Source: Desulfatiglandales bacterium | GTDB lineage: Bacteria; Desulfobacterota; DSM-4660; Desulfatiglandales; Desulfatiglandaceae | Direction of reading: 5' to 3' | Length of the DNA: 64,000 nucleotides | Assembly (NCBI GenBank): GCA_963662465.1 | Contig: OY759599.1 | Span: 3,744,001-3,808,000, forward strand | Shown: positions 32,774 to 41,729 of the stretch, in pieces | Position numbering within the stretch: the stretch's first letter is position 1 | How the letters are laid out: each line of letters starts with the position of its first letter | Notes under the pieces: model-generated | Told to the model about the DNA's origin: nothing | The model's input: only the letters and a program-made list of their open reading frames with translations | Databases searched by the model: none | Program-made: the position numbers and the translations under genes

Positions 32774-34749
32774 CCCTGTCCCCCGCAAAACACGGCATCG
32801 CTTATTTCTTCTAATTGCGCCACGCCACGAACCGGATTGGGAAAAAGGGGCGCCCGCACGATGGTCCTCTGGTGAAAACGGGATTGGATTTCCCGAATAC
32901 AGTCTTGCTGCTCGTACCGTTTGAGGGTACAGAACCCGCAATCCGTCGGGGGCAGCACCATATTGACGATAATATGTTCGCACGGTACGTTGGCTTTTAG
33001 AAGGGCGTTCATGAGGCGTTCCAACTCCAGAAAGCCCATCCGTTCGGGAATGGTGACGCTTACGAACCGGGTCTTTTGCGTATCGATCAGCGCTTCCTGA
33101 ATTTGCCGCACATTTTTTGAAAGTGCCAGCGCTTTCTCCGCGGCCCCCGTTAAACGGACCACCCCCTTATATTTCATCAGGAGTCTGAAAAAGACCCGAA
33201 GCCATTGTCTCACCAGGTGGGGCAGTTCCAGAAAACGCAGGAGATGGCCCGTGGGCGAGGTGTCCAAAACAAAAATGTCAAATTGATTTTCCTTTCGTAA
33301 ATCCATCATCTTATCAAGACTCATGATTTCATCCAGTCCGGGCGGGGCCATCTCGAGGATTTCGGTCATCACCTGGCGATCGAATTGGATATCCGTCCCT
33401 TTGGACAGAAAATGGTCAAACAGATCTTTCACCTCCTGCTTAAAGGTCTCTTTGAAATTGAACCATAGCTGTTCCGGATCAATTTCAAGGGCATGGAGGT
33501 TGCTGTCGGCATTAGATGCTGGATTGTATGGTATGGGCGTCAGACGGTTGCCAATGGGGATATCAAAGGAATCGGAGAGGGAATGCGCGGGATCGGTAGA
33601 GAAAAGCAGTATCTTTTTCTCCGGATGCCGATGGGCCAGATGGAGGGCCGCGGCAGCGGCAAGGGTGGTTTTCCCGACGCCGCCTTTTCCCCCGAAAAGA
33701 ATGAATTCCAGGTCGGAATTTAAGGAAACGCAGTCATCGGATTCCGGAACGGATGCTGTGATTTTAACCGGGTTTTCCGATACGGGAAGTCCAACGAGAT
33801 AATCCGCTGTTTTTTTCAGGGCCGAAACACCGTTTATTTCATGGGCAAAAAGGGGGACCTGAATTTTTTCCAAACCGGAAAACGCCGTATCTATTTTTTG
33901 AAGCGCCTGTTTCTGATTTTCCTTTCTGGACCTGCAAAATGGACACGCATCACCTTGCGCCACACGGTTGACAAGCATTTCCCGAACTGGAACGTTTATT
34001 TTTTCGAGGGATTTCAACAATCTTATGGTTTCAAGGACGCTCATCAGTTCCGGAATCAACACGGGAACAAATCGTGTGCTTTCCCGGTTGGAAAGCATCT
34101 TTCGCACCATGTTGATGTCTGAGGAGAGGTTGATTAAAAAAAGGTCGCATTCATCTTTGATATACTTCTTTCCCGTGAAGTGCCTGAACATATAGCGATG
34201 TTTATGCTGCATCAGGTCCATCACGGCAATCCACTTTTTCATCTGGTTTGGCAGGTCAAGCATCCTGACTGTGTGTCCCGTGGGCGCCGTGTCTACAATC
34301 AGGGTGTCGAAGGCGTGTTCTTTTAAGAGTCTCGCCATTTCAATAATGGCCATGACTTCATCCATGCCGGGCAGGGAAAGGTCCAGAAAGTCGGCGATGT
34401 CCTCCTGGTCGAAATACGTCCCCCGTTCCGCCAGTTTCCTGATGACCTCCTGGTTTTTCTCTTTGAAATGGTTCATGAGTTGGGCCGCATCCAGTTCATG
34501 GGCGAAGAGGTTGGACGTGGGGCCTGCCACGGGGGTGATATGATCCCCGATCTGAATGCCGAGGCTGTCCGACAGGGAATGGGCCGGGTCCGTGGAGATG
34601 ATGAGGATTTTCTTCCGTCCACGGGAATTTTCGGCAAGATAAAGGGCCGTCATGGCGGCCATGGTGGTTTTGCCCACGCCGCCCTTTCCACCGAAGAGAA
34701 TGAGGCGGAGGTCTTTGTTTTGCAGGAATTCAGGGATATTGTTCGTCAT
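32770..34749 (-). CDS. Tandem-duplicated ArsA/GET3-family ATPase
   Basis: Two copies each of GGKGGVGKTT, STDPAHSLSD and DT(A/S)PTGH, with CPFC and CGFC motifs. Confidence 0.9.
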   Translation of the reverse strand: MTNNIPEFLQNKDLRLILFGGKGGVGKTTMAAMTALYLAENSRGRKKILIISTDPAHSLSDSLGIQIGDHITPVAGPTSNLFAHELDAAQLMNHFKEKNQEVIRKLAERGTYFDQEDIADFLDLSLPGMDEVMAIIEMARLLKEHAFDTLIVDTAPTGHTVRMLDLPNQMKKWIAVMDLMQHKHRYMFRHFTGKKYIKDECDLFLINLSSDINMVRKMLSNRESTRFVPVLIPELMSVLETIRLLKSLEKINVPVREMLVNRVAQGDACPFCRSRKENQKQALQKIDTAFSGLEKIQVPLFAHEINGVSALKKTADYLVGLPVSENPVKITASVPESDDCVSLNSDLEFILFGGKGGVGKTTLAAAAALHLAHRHPEKKILLFSTDPAHSLSDSFDIPIGNRLTPIPYNPASNADSNLHALEIDPEQLWFNFKETFKQEVKDLFDHFLSKGTDIQFDRQVMTEILEMAPPGLDEIMSLDKMMDLRKENQFDIFVLDTSPTGHLLRFLELPHLVRQWLRVFFRLLMKYKGVVRLTGAAEKALALSKNVRQIQEALIDTQKTRFVSVTIPERMGFLELERLMNALLKANVPCEHIIVNMVLPPTDCGFCTLKRYEQQDCIREIQSRFHQRTIVRAPLFPNPVRGVAQLEEISDAVFCGGQG

Positions 34750-34802
34750 TATAACCGCCCAAAAACATTGATTTACGCGCCTAAATGTGTTAAGCGGCAA
34801 AC

Positions 34803-34988
34803 ATGGAGATAACAGATGATAGATTAAAAAACTTGGCTAAATTAATTTACGATGTCGGTAAATTGACGTTTGGTGCGCTTGTCCTTGGTAGTTTGATCTC
34901 AACGGATCCTTTTAAGCTAAAGTATTTCATAGGTGGCTTGACCTTATTCATAATTTGTTTTGCCATCGCATTCATTCTTGACAGATAG
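34803..34988 (+). CDS. Small two-TM membrane protein (DUF6722-like)
   Basis: LAKLIYDVGKLTFGALVLG pattern with two hydrophobic helices; AT-rich. Confidence 0.6.
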   Translation: MEITDDRLKNLAKLIYDVGKLTFGALVLGSLISTDPFKLKYFIGGLTLFIICFAIAFILDR

Positions 34989-34997
34989 GAGATTCTT

Positions 34998-35096
34998 ATG
35001 GATGGTCTGACCCTGCTTCTTTTTGGTGGTTCATTGTTCATCTTAGTATTTGGTCTGTTCGTTTACTATTTAAAAAAACACCAACAGGCTCAATAG
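34998..35096 (+). CDS. 32-aa single-TM peptide
   Basis: AGGAG RBS; MDGLTLLLFGGSLFILVFGLFVYYLKKHQQAQ; below the ORF-track cutoff. Confidence 0.55.
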   Translation: MDGLTLLLFGGSLFILVFGLFVYYLKKHQQAQ

Positions 35097-35097
35097 C

Positions 35098-36024
35098 TCA
35101 AGAAAGTACCGAACCGAAAGAATCCTTGTTGAATCTTATTTCCAGCAGGTTGTTTCGAATCCGCAGTTCATAGCCTTCCGGGCTGACCCTCGCCCCCAGG
35201 GAAAGATCCACCCGTAATGAAGCACCGATTTTGTGGCATCTGACCGTGACATGGTCGCCGTGAAAATCAAGCTTCAAATCGTCCGGCAAAACCCCTTTGA
35301 TCTCCATGATGACCCGGATTTGTTCTCCTTCGTCAAAAATGTCCACCAGTCGATCCCCATTGGGCAGGAAACGCTCTTTTCTTCCAATGAGCCACCAGCT
35401 GAAGGTGATGATTTCTCCGGTTTCCGGATCGGGTTTTCTTTTTTCAAAGGAGAGGATAGGGCATCCCAGCTCTTTTTCGGCAATGGGATTGATGGTTTCG
35501 CGAATGACCAGCAGGACATGCATATGATTGGGGGCCTGGATTACCTCAGCCAGGCGGTTGATCGTGGAGTGCCCGTTTTCCCAGAGATGCCATAAAATAT
35601 CCCGACCGTCGGAATCCAATTGTCCTGAAATTTTTTGAATGGTTGCCAGATCCACCTTCAGGAAACGAAGCTGCAGTATTTTCTTTTTCCATATATGGAT
35701 CTTGTTGGTGACAAAAAGAACATTGCCGATTCTTGAACCCGTTTTACCCTGATAAGTGATTCGCAGGGTGGGCCTGGTTTTCAGAACGTAATAATGCTTT
35801 TCATCGTGCAGCTTTTGAATGTCTTCAAGGGAAACCTGAAATCGAATCTCGGGTCTCAAAAAAAAGATCAGCCGTTTGTTGGTCAGAAAACACTCCACGG
35901 GTCGCCAGCCGGCCCGATGGGTTTGCCGAAAGCCGCCCTGATCCGTGAGAATGACATCCTCCCCGGGCAGAAACTCAGGTTTTGATCTGGGCAGCGGCGG
36001 CATGCTTCGTTTGGCCTGTCTCAT
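35098..36024 (-). CDS. Gas-vesicle-cluster protein: PH/GRAM-like + wHTH-like + Hsp20-like domains
   Basis: GEDVI..W..CFLTNKRLIF; ILWHLWENGHSTINRLAEVI; VDIFDEGEQIRVIMEIKGV..IRNNLLEIRF. Confidence 0.65.
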   Translation of the reverse strand: MRQAKRSMPPLPRSKPEFLPGEDVILTDQGGFRQTHRAGWRPVECFLTNKRLIFFLRPEIRFQVSLEDIQKLHDEKHYYVLKTRPTLRITYQGKTGSRIGNVLFVTNKIHIWKKKILQLRFLKVDLATIQKISGQLDSDGRDILWHLWENGHSTINRLAEVIQAPNHMHVLLVIRETINPIAEKELGCPILSFEKRKPDPETGEIITFSWWLIGRKERFLPNGDRLVDIFDEGEQIRVIMEIKGVLPDDLKLDFHGDHVTVRCHKIGASLRVDLSLGARVSPEGYELRIRNNLLEIRFNKDSFGSVLS

Positions 36025-36051
36025 AGGTCCTCAAATGGATTTTGGGTTAAA

Positions 36052-36077
36052 GGGCAACCACAGGGGGTTGCCCCTAC
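36052..36077 (-). repeat. GTAG-type REP palindrome
   Basis: GTAG-GGGCAACC-CCCTGT-GGTTGCCC; its TAG is the dnaK stop codon. Confidence 0.6.
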
Positions 36078-37786
36078 GCCTCTTTCAAAAGCTCCCGTAA
36101 CTGCCCGGTCAAGTCTTTTATGATGCCGGGGTCGCCTTCAAACAAGGCCTCTTTCAGATCAAAAACAACGTCTTCGATTTTATTTTCATAAGCCTTTGAC
36201 ATGCCCTTTTTTTCCGTCAGGGTGCATTCCGCCGCACGCATCATGCTGTCGGCCCGAATGTTGATCTCGGTTTCTTCCCGTCTTTTCATGTCCTCCAGAA
36301 CAGCGACTTCCGCTTCCCCAATAGCCCTGGCCACTTCTTCGTCGGACAACAGGTGTGAGGCGTCGATTTCGATGCCCGTTTGTTGTTCCGTATAGAGGTC
36401 CGTGGCGGACACGTGAACAATGCCGTTCACATCAATTTCAAAATTGACCTCTACCTTGCCTTTTCCCCTGGGAAGGGGCGGAAGTCCGGTCAATTTGAAC
36501 TGGCCGAGGCTGATGTTGTCTTCGGCCATTTCCCGTTCTCCCTGAAGCACGTGAAAATCCATTTCCACCTGGTTGTCCTCCGCGTTGGTGAAGATCTGTC
36601 CAGCGGAGGTGGGGATGGTGGCATTTCTTTCAATGATTCGGGCAAAAAGGCCCCCTTCCGTTTCAATTCCCAGGGAAAGAGGCGTGACGTCCACCAGAAC
36701 CACATCGTCAATTTCCCCCGTGAGAACGCCGGCCTGAATAGCGGCGCCGATTCCCACCACTTCATCGGGGTTGATGCGGATAAAGGGCTTTCGGTGAAAG
36801 GTCTTTTCCACCATACGTCGTATGGCGGGCATCCGTGTGGCGCCGCCCACCAGAACAACCCGATCGATTTGCTCGGGGGTCAACCGGGCATCTTTCAAGG
36901 CCTGCAGGGTTGGGGGCAGGAGTCCATCGCGCAAATCAGCGGTGATGGCTTCAAAGGTGTCCCGCTCCAGGGAGATGGTTTCCGTGTCTCCCGTATGATG
37001 GGCTATTTTCAGGAAATGCAGGGGGATATCGATGCGCGGTTTGAAAGAAAGGTCCCTCTTGGCTTTTTCCGCCACTTCCTTCAACTGTTCCATTTCCATT
37101 GCGTCGGAACGGATGCGGCGTCCGAATTGATGCAAAATCTGGTCGGATAGATGGGCGACCAGCCTTTCATCCCAGTCGTCCCCGCCTAGCCGGGTATTGC
37201 CGTTGACCGCTTTTACGTGAAAGATGCCGTCTCCCAGCTCCAGAATGGATACATCAAAGGTGCCGCCGCCCAGGTCCCATACCAGAATGGTTTGAATGTT
37301 TTCGCGGTCCAGACCGTAGGCCAAGGCGGCGGCCGTGGGTTCATTGATGATGCGCATCACATCGAGGCCAGCCAGGATTCCCGCCTCCCGGGTAGTTTGG
37401 CGTTGGGCGTCAGTGAAATAGGCGGGCACGGTAATGACTGCCTTTTTAACTGGCATTTTCAGGTAGGTTTCCGCATCGGTTTTTATTTTTCGCAGGATAA
37501 AAGCGGAAATTTCCTGGGGGGAATAGGCCTTGCCATTAAGGGAGACCCTGTGATCCATACCCATATATCGTTTAATAGAGCTGATGGTATTGGCTGGATT
37601 GGCCGCCGCCTGTCTTTTAGCCACTGAGCCCACCAGGCGATGTCCGAGGGCTGTTTCCGCCACAACGGAAGGCGTCAGATTTTCGCCTTCAGCGTTGGGA
37701 ATGACCCTGGCCCGTCCGTTTTCTATTACGGCAGCCACCGAATAGGTGGTGCCCAGGTCTATGCCGATTGCTTTATCCATGTCCAT
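36074..37786 (-). CDS. dnaK: Hsp70 chaperone DnaK (cluster-specific paralog)
   Basis: GIDLGTT, TVPAYF, INEPTAAALAYG, DLGGGTFD, LVGGATRMP, DVTPLSLGIE motifs; short C-terminus. Confidence 0.92.
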   Translation of the reverse strand: MDMDKAIGIDLGTTYSVAAVIENGRARVIPNAEGENLTPSVVAETALGHRLVGSVAKRQAAANPANTISSIKRYMGMDHRVSLNGKAYSPQEISAFILRKIKTDAETYLKMPVKKAVITVPAYFTDAQRQTTREAGILAGLDVMRIINEPTAAALAYGLDRENIQTILVWDLGGGTFDVSILELGDGIFHVKAVNGNTRLGGDDWDERLVAHLSDQILHQFGRRIRSDAMEMEQLKEVAEKAKRDLSFKPRIDIPLHFLKIAHHTGDTETISLERDTFEAITADLRDGLLPPTLQALKDARLTPEQIDRVVLVGGATRMPAIRRMVEKTFHRKPFIRINPDEVVGIGAAIQAGVLTGEIDDVVLVDVTPLSLGIETEGGLFARIIERNATIPTSAGQIFTNAEDNQVEMDFHVLQGEREMAEDNISLGQFKLTGLPPLPRGKGKVEVNFEIDVNGIVHVSATDLYTEQQTGIEIDASHLLSDEEVARAIGEAEVAVLEDMKRREETEINIRADSMMRAAECTLTEKKGMSKAYENKIEDVVFDLKEALFEGDPGIIKDLTGQLRELLKEA

Positions 37787-38399
37787 TGCTATCGCTTTCC
37801 TGAAACTGGTTGAGGGTCTGAAGGATTTTTTCTTCCGTGAAGGGTTTATCGATAAAGCTGTGAACCCCTTTTTCCTTGGCGTCCACCATCCGGTCCTCGC
37901 TGCCGTATGCGCTGATAATCACCACAAAGGTTTCAGAGCATTTTGCCTTGATGACGGGAAGCATGTTCATTCCGTCGCCATCGGGCAGTTTCAGGTCCAG
38001 CAAGATGAGATCGGGTTTTTTTCCCAGGGATCGAATGCCCTCACGAATGGTGTTGGCGGTGCATACATTGTAACCCTTTTCCTTCAAGGCGATCGACAGG
38101 AGCCAGCACAGATCTTCCTCATCGTCTACGATCAGAATATTTCTGATCTTTTTTTTGTGAATGAGGGGAGGGGCTTGTTCGGCCTGTTTTCTTCTCAGCC
38201 GTTCTTTTTCTCGCTTTTCAAAATATGGTTTTAATTCTTTCAATTCTTCGGGCTTGCGCCACCCGGAAAGGCCGCTTCGCCATACAAGGGCCTCGTCCCG
38301 CTTGATGATTCCCTTGAGTATCCAGCTCTTGAGCCTGGCATGATACACCGCGCTGTAGGTGTCCGCTCCTCGCCTCACATCGTATTTGAATTCTCGCAT
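37773..38399 (-). CDS. Response regulator with N-terminal GYF_2/DUF4339-like domain
   Basis: G.I..DEALVWRSGLSGW....L.EL followed by REC (LIVDDE, LLDLKLPDGDG, KPF). Confidence 0.78.
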   Translation of the reverse strand: MREFKYDVRRGADTYSAVYHARLKSWILKGIIKRDEALVWRSGLSGWRKPEELKELKPYFEKREKERLRRKQAEQAPPLIHKKKIRNILIVDDEEDLCWLLSIALKEKGYNVCTANTIREGIRSLGKKPDLILLDLKLPDGDGMNMLPVIKAKCSETFVVIISAYGSEDRMVDAKEKGVHSFIDKPFTEEKILQTLNQFQESDSNGHG

Positions 38400-38408
38400 A
38401 AGCCTTCT

Positions 38409-39143
38409 CTAATGCATGGGTAGCGAAATGGTAAAAAGTGCCCCTTTTCCCCGTTGACTTTCGACGCTGATGGTACCGCCATGACTGACCACGGTCCCAT
38501 AGGTCACGGACAATCCAAGACCGATTCCGGAAGCCTTGGTGCTGAAAAACGGGTCGAATATGCGAATAATATCCTCTTCCGGGATGCCGAGCCCCGTATC
38601 CTTGATTTTGATCACGAAATAGCGTCCTTCAATCCCGGTCTCAAGGGTCATGACGCCCCCGTCGGGCATGGCGTCCAAGGCGTTGATCATGACGTTTGAA
38701 AAGACCCGGGTAATCTGTTCCCGGTCCACGTTGATGACCGGGAACCCCGGGCAATAGGCTTTGCGGATGCCGACCTGTTGGGCGGTAATCTTGGCTTTGA
38801 TGGAATCCAGCGTGTTTTCCAGGATGCCGTTGATGTCATGGGGTTGAATATTGAGCTTGGGGGGCCTTGCACAGTTTAACAATTCGGTAATCAAAAAATT
38901 GATCCGTTCCGTATTCCGAACCAGGATTTCGATATGTTTGGCCCAGGGACTATCCTTAGGAAAGGCTTCCCTCAGTTGTCTGACCGACATGGACACATTG
39001 GTCAGGGGATTTCGGATTTCATGGGCGATGCTGGCGGCGATTCGCCCTGTAAAGGCAAGCCTCTCTGAGAGAACGAACTCTTCCTTTCTGGTTTTTCGTT
39101 CTTCGCTGTCGGTTGTAACGGGTGCGTCCATTTTTTCCCTCAT
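38409..39143 (-). CDS. Cytoplasmic histidine kinase with no sensor domain
   Basis: AHEIRNPL about 40 aa from the start, then HATPase boxes. Confidence 0.88.
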   Translation of the reverse strand: MREKMDAPVTTDSEERKTRKEEFVLSERLAFTGRIAASIAHEIRNPLTNVSMSVRQLREAFPKDSPWAKHIEILVRNTERINFLITELLNCARPPKLNIQPHDINGILENTLDSIKAKITAQQVGIRKAYCPGFPVINVDREQITRVFSNVMINALDAMPDGGVMTLETGIEGRYFVIKIKDTGLGIPEEDIIRIFDPFFSTKASGIGLGLSVTYGTVVSHGGTISVESQRGKGALFTISLPMH

Positions 39144-39157
39144 ATGAAAGTGGCGGG

Positions 39158-39880
39158 TTAGACCGATGCCCTGATCTCCGGAATTTTTCCAGCTGAAACA
39201 GGACTGCGCCAGCCACATTCGGCGCAGCCGTTTTCAAGCAGTATTTGAACCAAATCAAGCTTCCCGCATTGGGGGCAGGTCTCTCTTTCTTTTTCCGAAA
39301 GGTCCTGAACATCGAAACCTGAATCGAGAATGGCGGCTTCCAGGTTTTTGCGCAATTGCCGAATATGCAGCGATGTCAATCGGCGCCACCGGTTCCCTTT
39401 CAACAGAAGATGCAGTTCCCGTCGCGGTTTTTTCCCGGGAGATGCTTCTTCCTCACTGTGCGCCAGGCCCCGTATTTCGGCAAGGGGCGTTTCGAACAGG
39501 ATCTTTTGGAAATCTTCATGATAAAGGATCAAACGCCCGGGCGTCAGGTAAAAGCGGCCGTACTGCCAGGTATTGAACAACCCGTCGGTCGAGTGGCAGG
39601 CGCCCGGTACTTTGAGGAGTACTTTTTCCCCGGCGATCAAATCATCCTGCTTCTCCTGTCTGTTTTTCCGTTCCCACTCCCTGGTTTTCTCGTCCCACGC
39701 CTGCATGACCCCGTATTTCAGCATGGTTTCCATGCCTGCCAACGCCGCCCGGAGATTGACGCCAATGAGCGGAATGCCCGCAACAGATACGATGAGGTCC
39801 GCATGAATGACCAGGCCCTTGTCCAGAACGCGATCCAGGAGGTCGACTAACGTTGCGTGGGTATTTCGTTTGGGGATCAT
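39158..39880 (-). CDS. GvpA/J/M-family protein fused to a PH/GRAM-like domain and a Zn ribbon
   Basis: LVDLLDRVLDKGLVIHAD..VSVAGIPL..LRAALAGMETMLKYG; then GRFYLTPGRLIL; then CPQC-x13-CAECGW. Confidence 0.85.
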   Translation of the reverse strand: MIPKRNTHATLVDLLDRVLDKGLVIHADLIVSVAGIPLIGVNLRAALAGMETMLKYGVMQAWDEKTREWERKNRQEKQDDLIAGEKVLLKVPGACHSTDGLFNTWQYGRFYLTPGRLILYHEDFQKILFETPLAEIRGLAHSEEEASPGKKPRRELHLLLKGNRWRRLTSLHIRQLRKNLEAAILDSGFDVQDLSEKERETCPQCGKLDLVQILLENGCAECGWRSPVSAGKIPEIRASV

Positions 39881-39960
39881 AATATCAGTTTTCAGTGGTC
39901 AGTTGTCAGTTATCAGAAGTTTCTATTCAGTGATCCCTGTCCCCTGATCCCTGCCCCCTT

Positions 39961-40965
39961 TTAAACAAAACTGTACGGTGGCCATGGGCCGGTGTAACGA
40001 ACGGAAAAGCCTTCCCGCCCGTCAATTTTTTCCAGCGCTTCGCCCAGTTTTTCACTTTGATCTTTTGGGAGCAGGCAGGACAGGTTCAAGAGCATCTGCC
40101 GCTCTTCATCATCGGTTTTTTTGGTCTTTTCAACCCGAATATCATCGGTATAATTTCTGATCTCTTCATAAAATTCCTGAAAGCATTGATCCGCCTTGTT
40201 TGCCATCTCATTTTTCAGCAGTTCTTCCAGTTTTTGGCGATACATATAGGCGATTCCTTTGGGTTTTGTTTTGATCTCCTCCCGCAATTGGTTTATTGGG
40301 GCGCTCTCATCGCTGATTTGTTGGGCCATGGTCTTCGTTTCCCAGAAGATTTGTACGCCGTATTCGGCTTTATTCCTGATTTTGGTCATTTTCAAGGTCA
40401 AATTGTCGTAATCGCCTTCAATCCATTGTTGCATATTCTTTTTCGGGTCTTGATCCCCTTTGCCGCAAATGATGGTGTCAAAGCCCATGGGAATGATGGT
40501 CCCGAATTTTTCCCCAGCCGCATCCACCACCTTCTGATGGGTTAGCACCCAGACTTTGACAATGTCTTGGTCGTCAGACTGATAGGGTTCGGCGGTGCAG
40601 TTATGGACGATTGCGGAGAGGTTGCCGAAGGGAATGGTGTAAACTTCATTTGCTTCAAGTCCCATATTGCCGAGGGTTATTTCGTGGTCGCCGTCGGCAA
40701 TGCCGTAAAGATAAAGGCCGATTGCGGATTGCGGATTGCGGATTGCGGATTGCGGGTCTCTCAACTCAGGCTTCCGGGTTTCCTCCTTTTCATCTTCAGG
40801 ATTCCATTCCGGTAGTTCACCCAGGGTATGGGTGATTTCCGCTCGAATGGCCGCTCTGAGTTGCGGCAGAAGGGATGTTGCCACAATCTCTTTTATGGTT
40901 TCCCTGTTTTCCGAAAGGATGGCGTTGATTTCCTCTCGTACCATTTTTTCGATGATTGCTTTCAA
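39961..40965 (-). CDS. gvpL: GvpL/GvpF-family gas vesicle protein
   Basis: LYLYGI, HQKVV, IIPMGF, EYGVQI, TGPWPPYSFV motifs; N-terminal extension. Confidence 0.87.
   Translation of the reverse strand: MKAIIEKMVREEINAILSENRETIKEIVATSLLPQLRAAIRAEITHTLGELPEWNPEDEKEETRKPELRDPQSAIRNPQSAIGLYLYGIADGDHEITLGNMGLEANEVYTIPFGNLSAIVHNCTAEPYQSDDQDIVKVWVLTHQKVVDAAGEKFGTIIPMGFDTIICGKGDQDPKKNMQQWIEGDYDNLTLKMTKIRNKAEYGVQIFWETKTMAQQISDESAPINQLREEIKTKPKGIAYMYRQKLEELLKNEMANKADQCFQEFYEEIRNYTDDIRVEKTKKTDDEERQMLLNLSCLLPKDQSEKLGEALEKIDGREGFSVRYTGPWPPYSFV
40721..40755. repeat. (ATTGCGG)5 heptamer array inside the gvpL coding sequence
   Basis: Five perfect units encoding PQSAIRNPQSAI. Confidence 0.9.
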
Positions 40966-40983
40966 TTGACGGCTTTTCGCTCC

Positions 40984-41295
40984 CTAATGATCTCTATCTT
41001 CCCACCTTTCCGGGTTGATGATTTGATCCAGTATATCGTCCACAATGCTGTCCAAACCGTCCCGGACCGACTTAACCGATTCCGTGATGCCCTGTTCGAT
41101 CTTCATTTCTTCGATGGCCGTGTCCAGGTCCATCAGGGCTTCACCCAGTCGATTGGTTTCCTCTTCCGTCAGGGTTCCCCCTTCCATGCGTTTCAGGGCC
41201 TGCAGCCTGAGCGCGTCCTTGATGATTTCCACCAGGGCCACCACCAGGCCCAGCACCCCGTGCTTGAGGTTTTTTTCGTCAATGTCGATGGACAT
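40984..41295 (-). CDS. gvpK: Gas vesicle protein K
   Basis: GVLGLVVALVEIIKDALRLQALKRMEGGTLTEEE..RLGEALMDL. Confidence 0.92.
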   Translation of the reverse strand: MSIDIDEKNLKHGVLGLVVALVEIIKDALRLQALKRMEGGTLTEEETNRLGEALMDLDTAIEEMKIEQGITESVKSVRDGLDSIVDDILDQIINPERWEDRDH

Positions 41296-41354
41296 TTTAG
41301 TGAAAAGTGAAAAGTGAAGAGTGAAGAGTGGGTGGAACTGCCGGCCACTGCTTA

Positions 41355-41729
41355 CTAGTCACTGATCACTTCCTTTGCCTTGGCACTGATCCAGCCGCAC
41401 CAGGGACAGCCGGTGGTGATAAGATCCTCCAGTACAACCCTTTTTTCGCATTGGGGACAGTGCTCCTTGGCGATGACCGCGTCTTCCCAGGCGGGGGTTT
41501 TCAGACTGGTCCCCGAGGGAAATTCCAAACCGTATTTGGCGGCGGTTTCAAAGGACGCCAGCGCCGCCCTGATTTTGATGCCCAGCAGTTCAACGCCCAC
41601 CACCGATACGGTGATGTCCGCATTGATGACCAGGCCTTTGTCTAAAATTCTGTCGATGACGTCCGCCAGGCCGCCGGCCCTTTCGTCTCGGGAAGGTTCC
41701 ATGGCCATTGCGTTAGTTTCTCCCGCCAT
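41355..41729 (-). CDS. gvpJ: Gas vesicle protein J with C-terminal Zn ribbon
   Basis: LADVIDRILDKGLVINADI.VSV.GVELLGIKIRAALASFETAAKYGLEFP; CPQC-x13-CPWCGW. Confidence 0.9.
   Translation of the reverse strand: MAGETNAMAMEPSRDERAGGLADVIDRILDKGLVINADITVSVVGVELLGIKIRAALASFETAAKYGLEFPSGTSLKTPAWEDAVIAKEHCPQCEKRVVLEDLITTGCPWCGWISAKAKEVISD

Noticed and set aside
32770..34749. Arsenic resistance operon
   Set aside because: No other ars genes are present; the context is gas vesicle genes.
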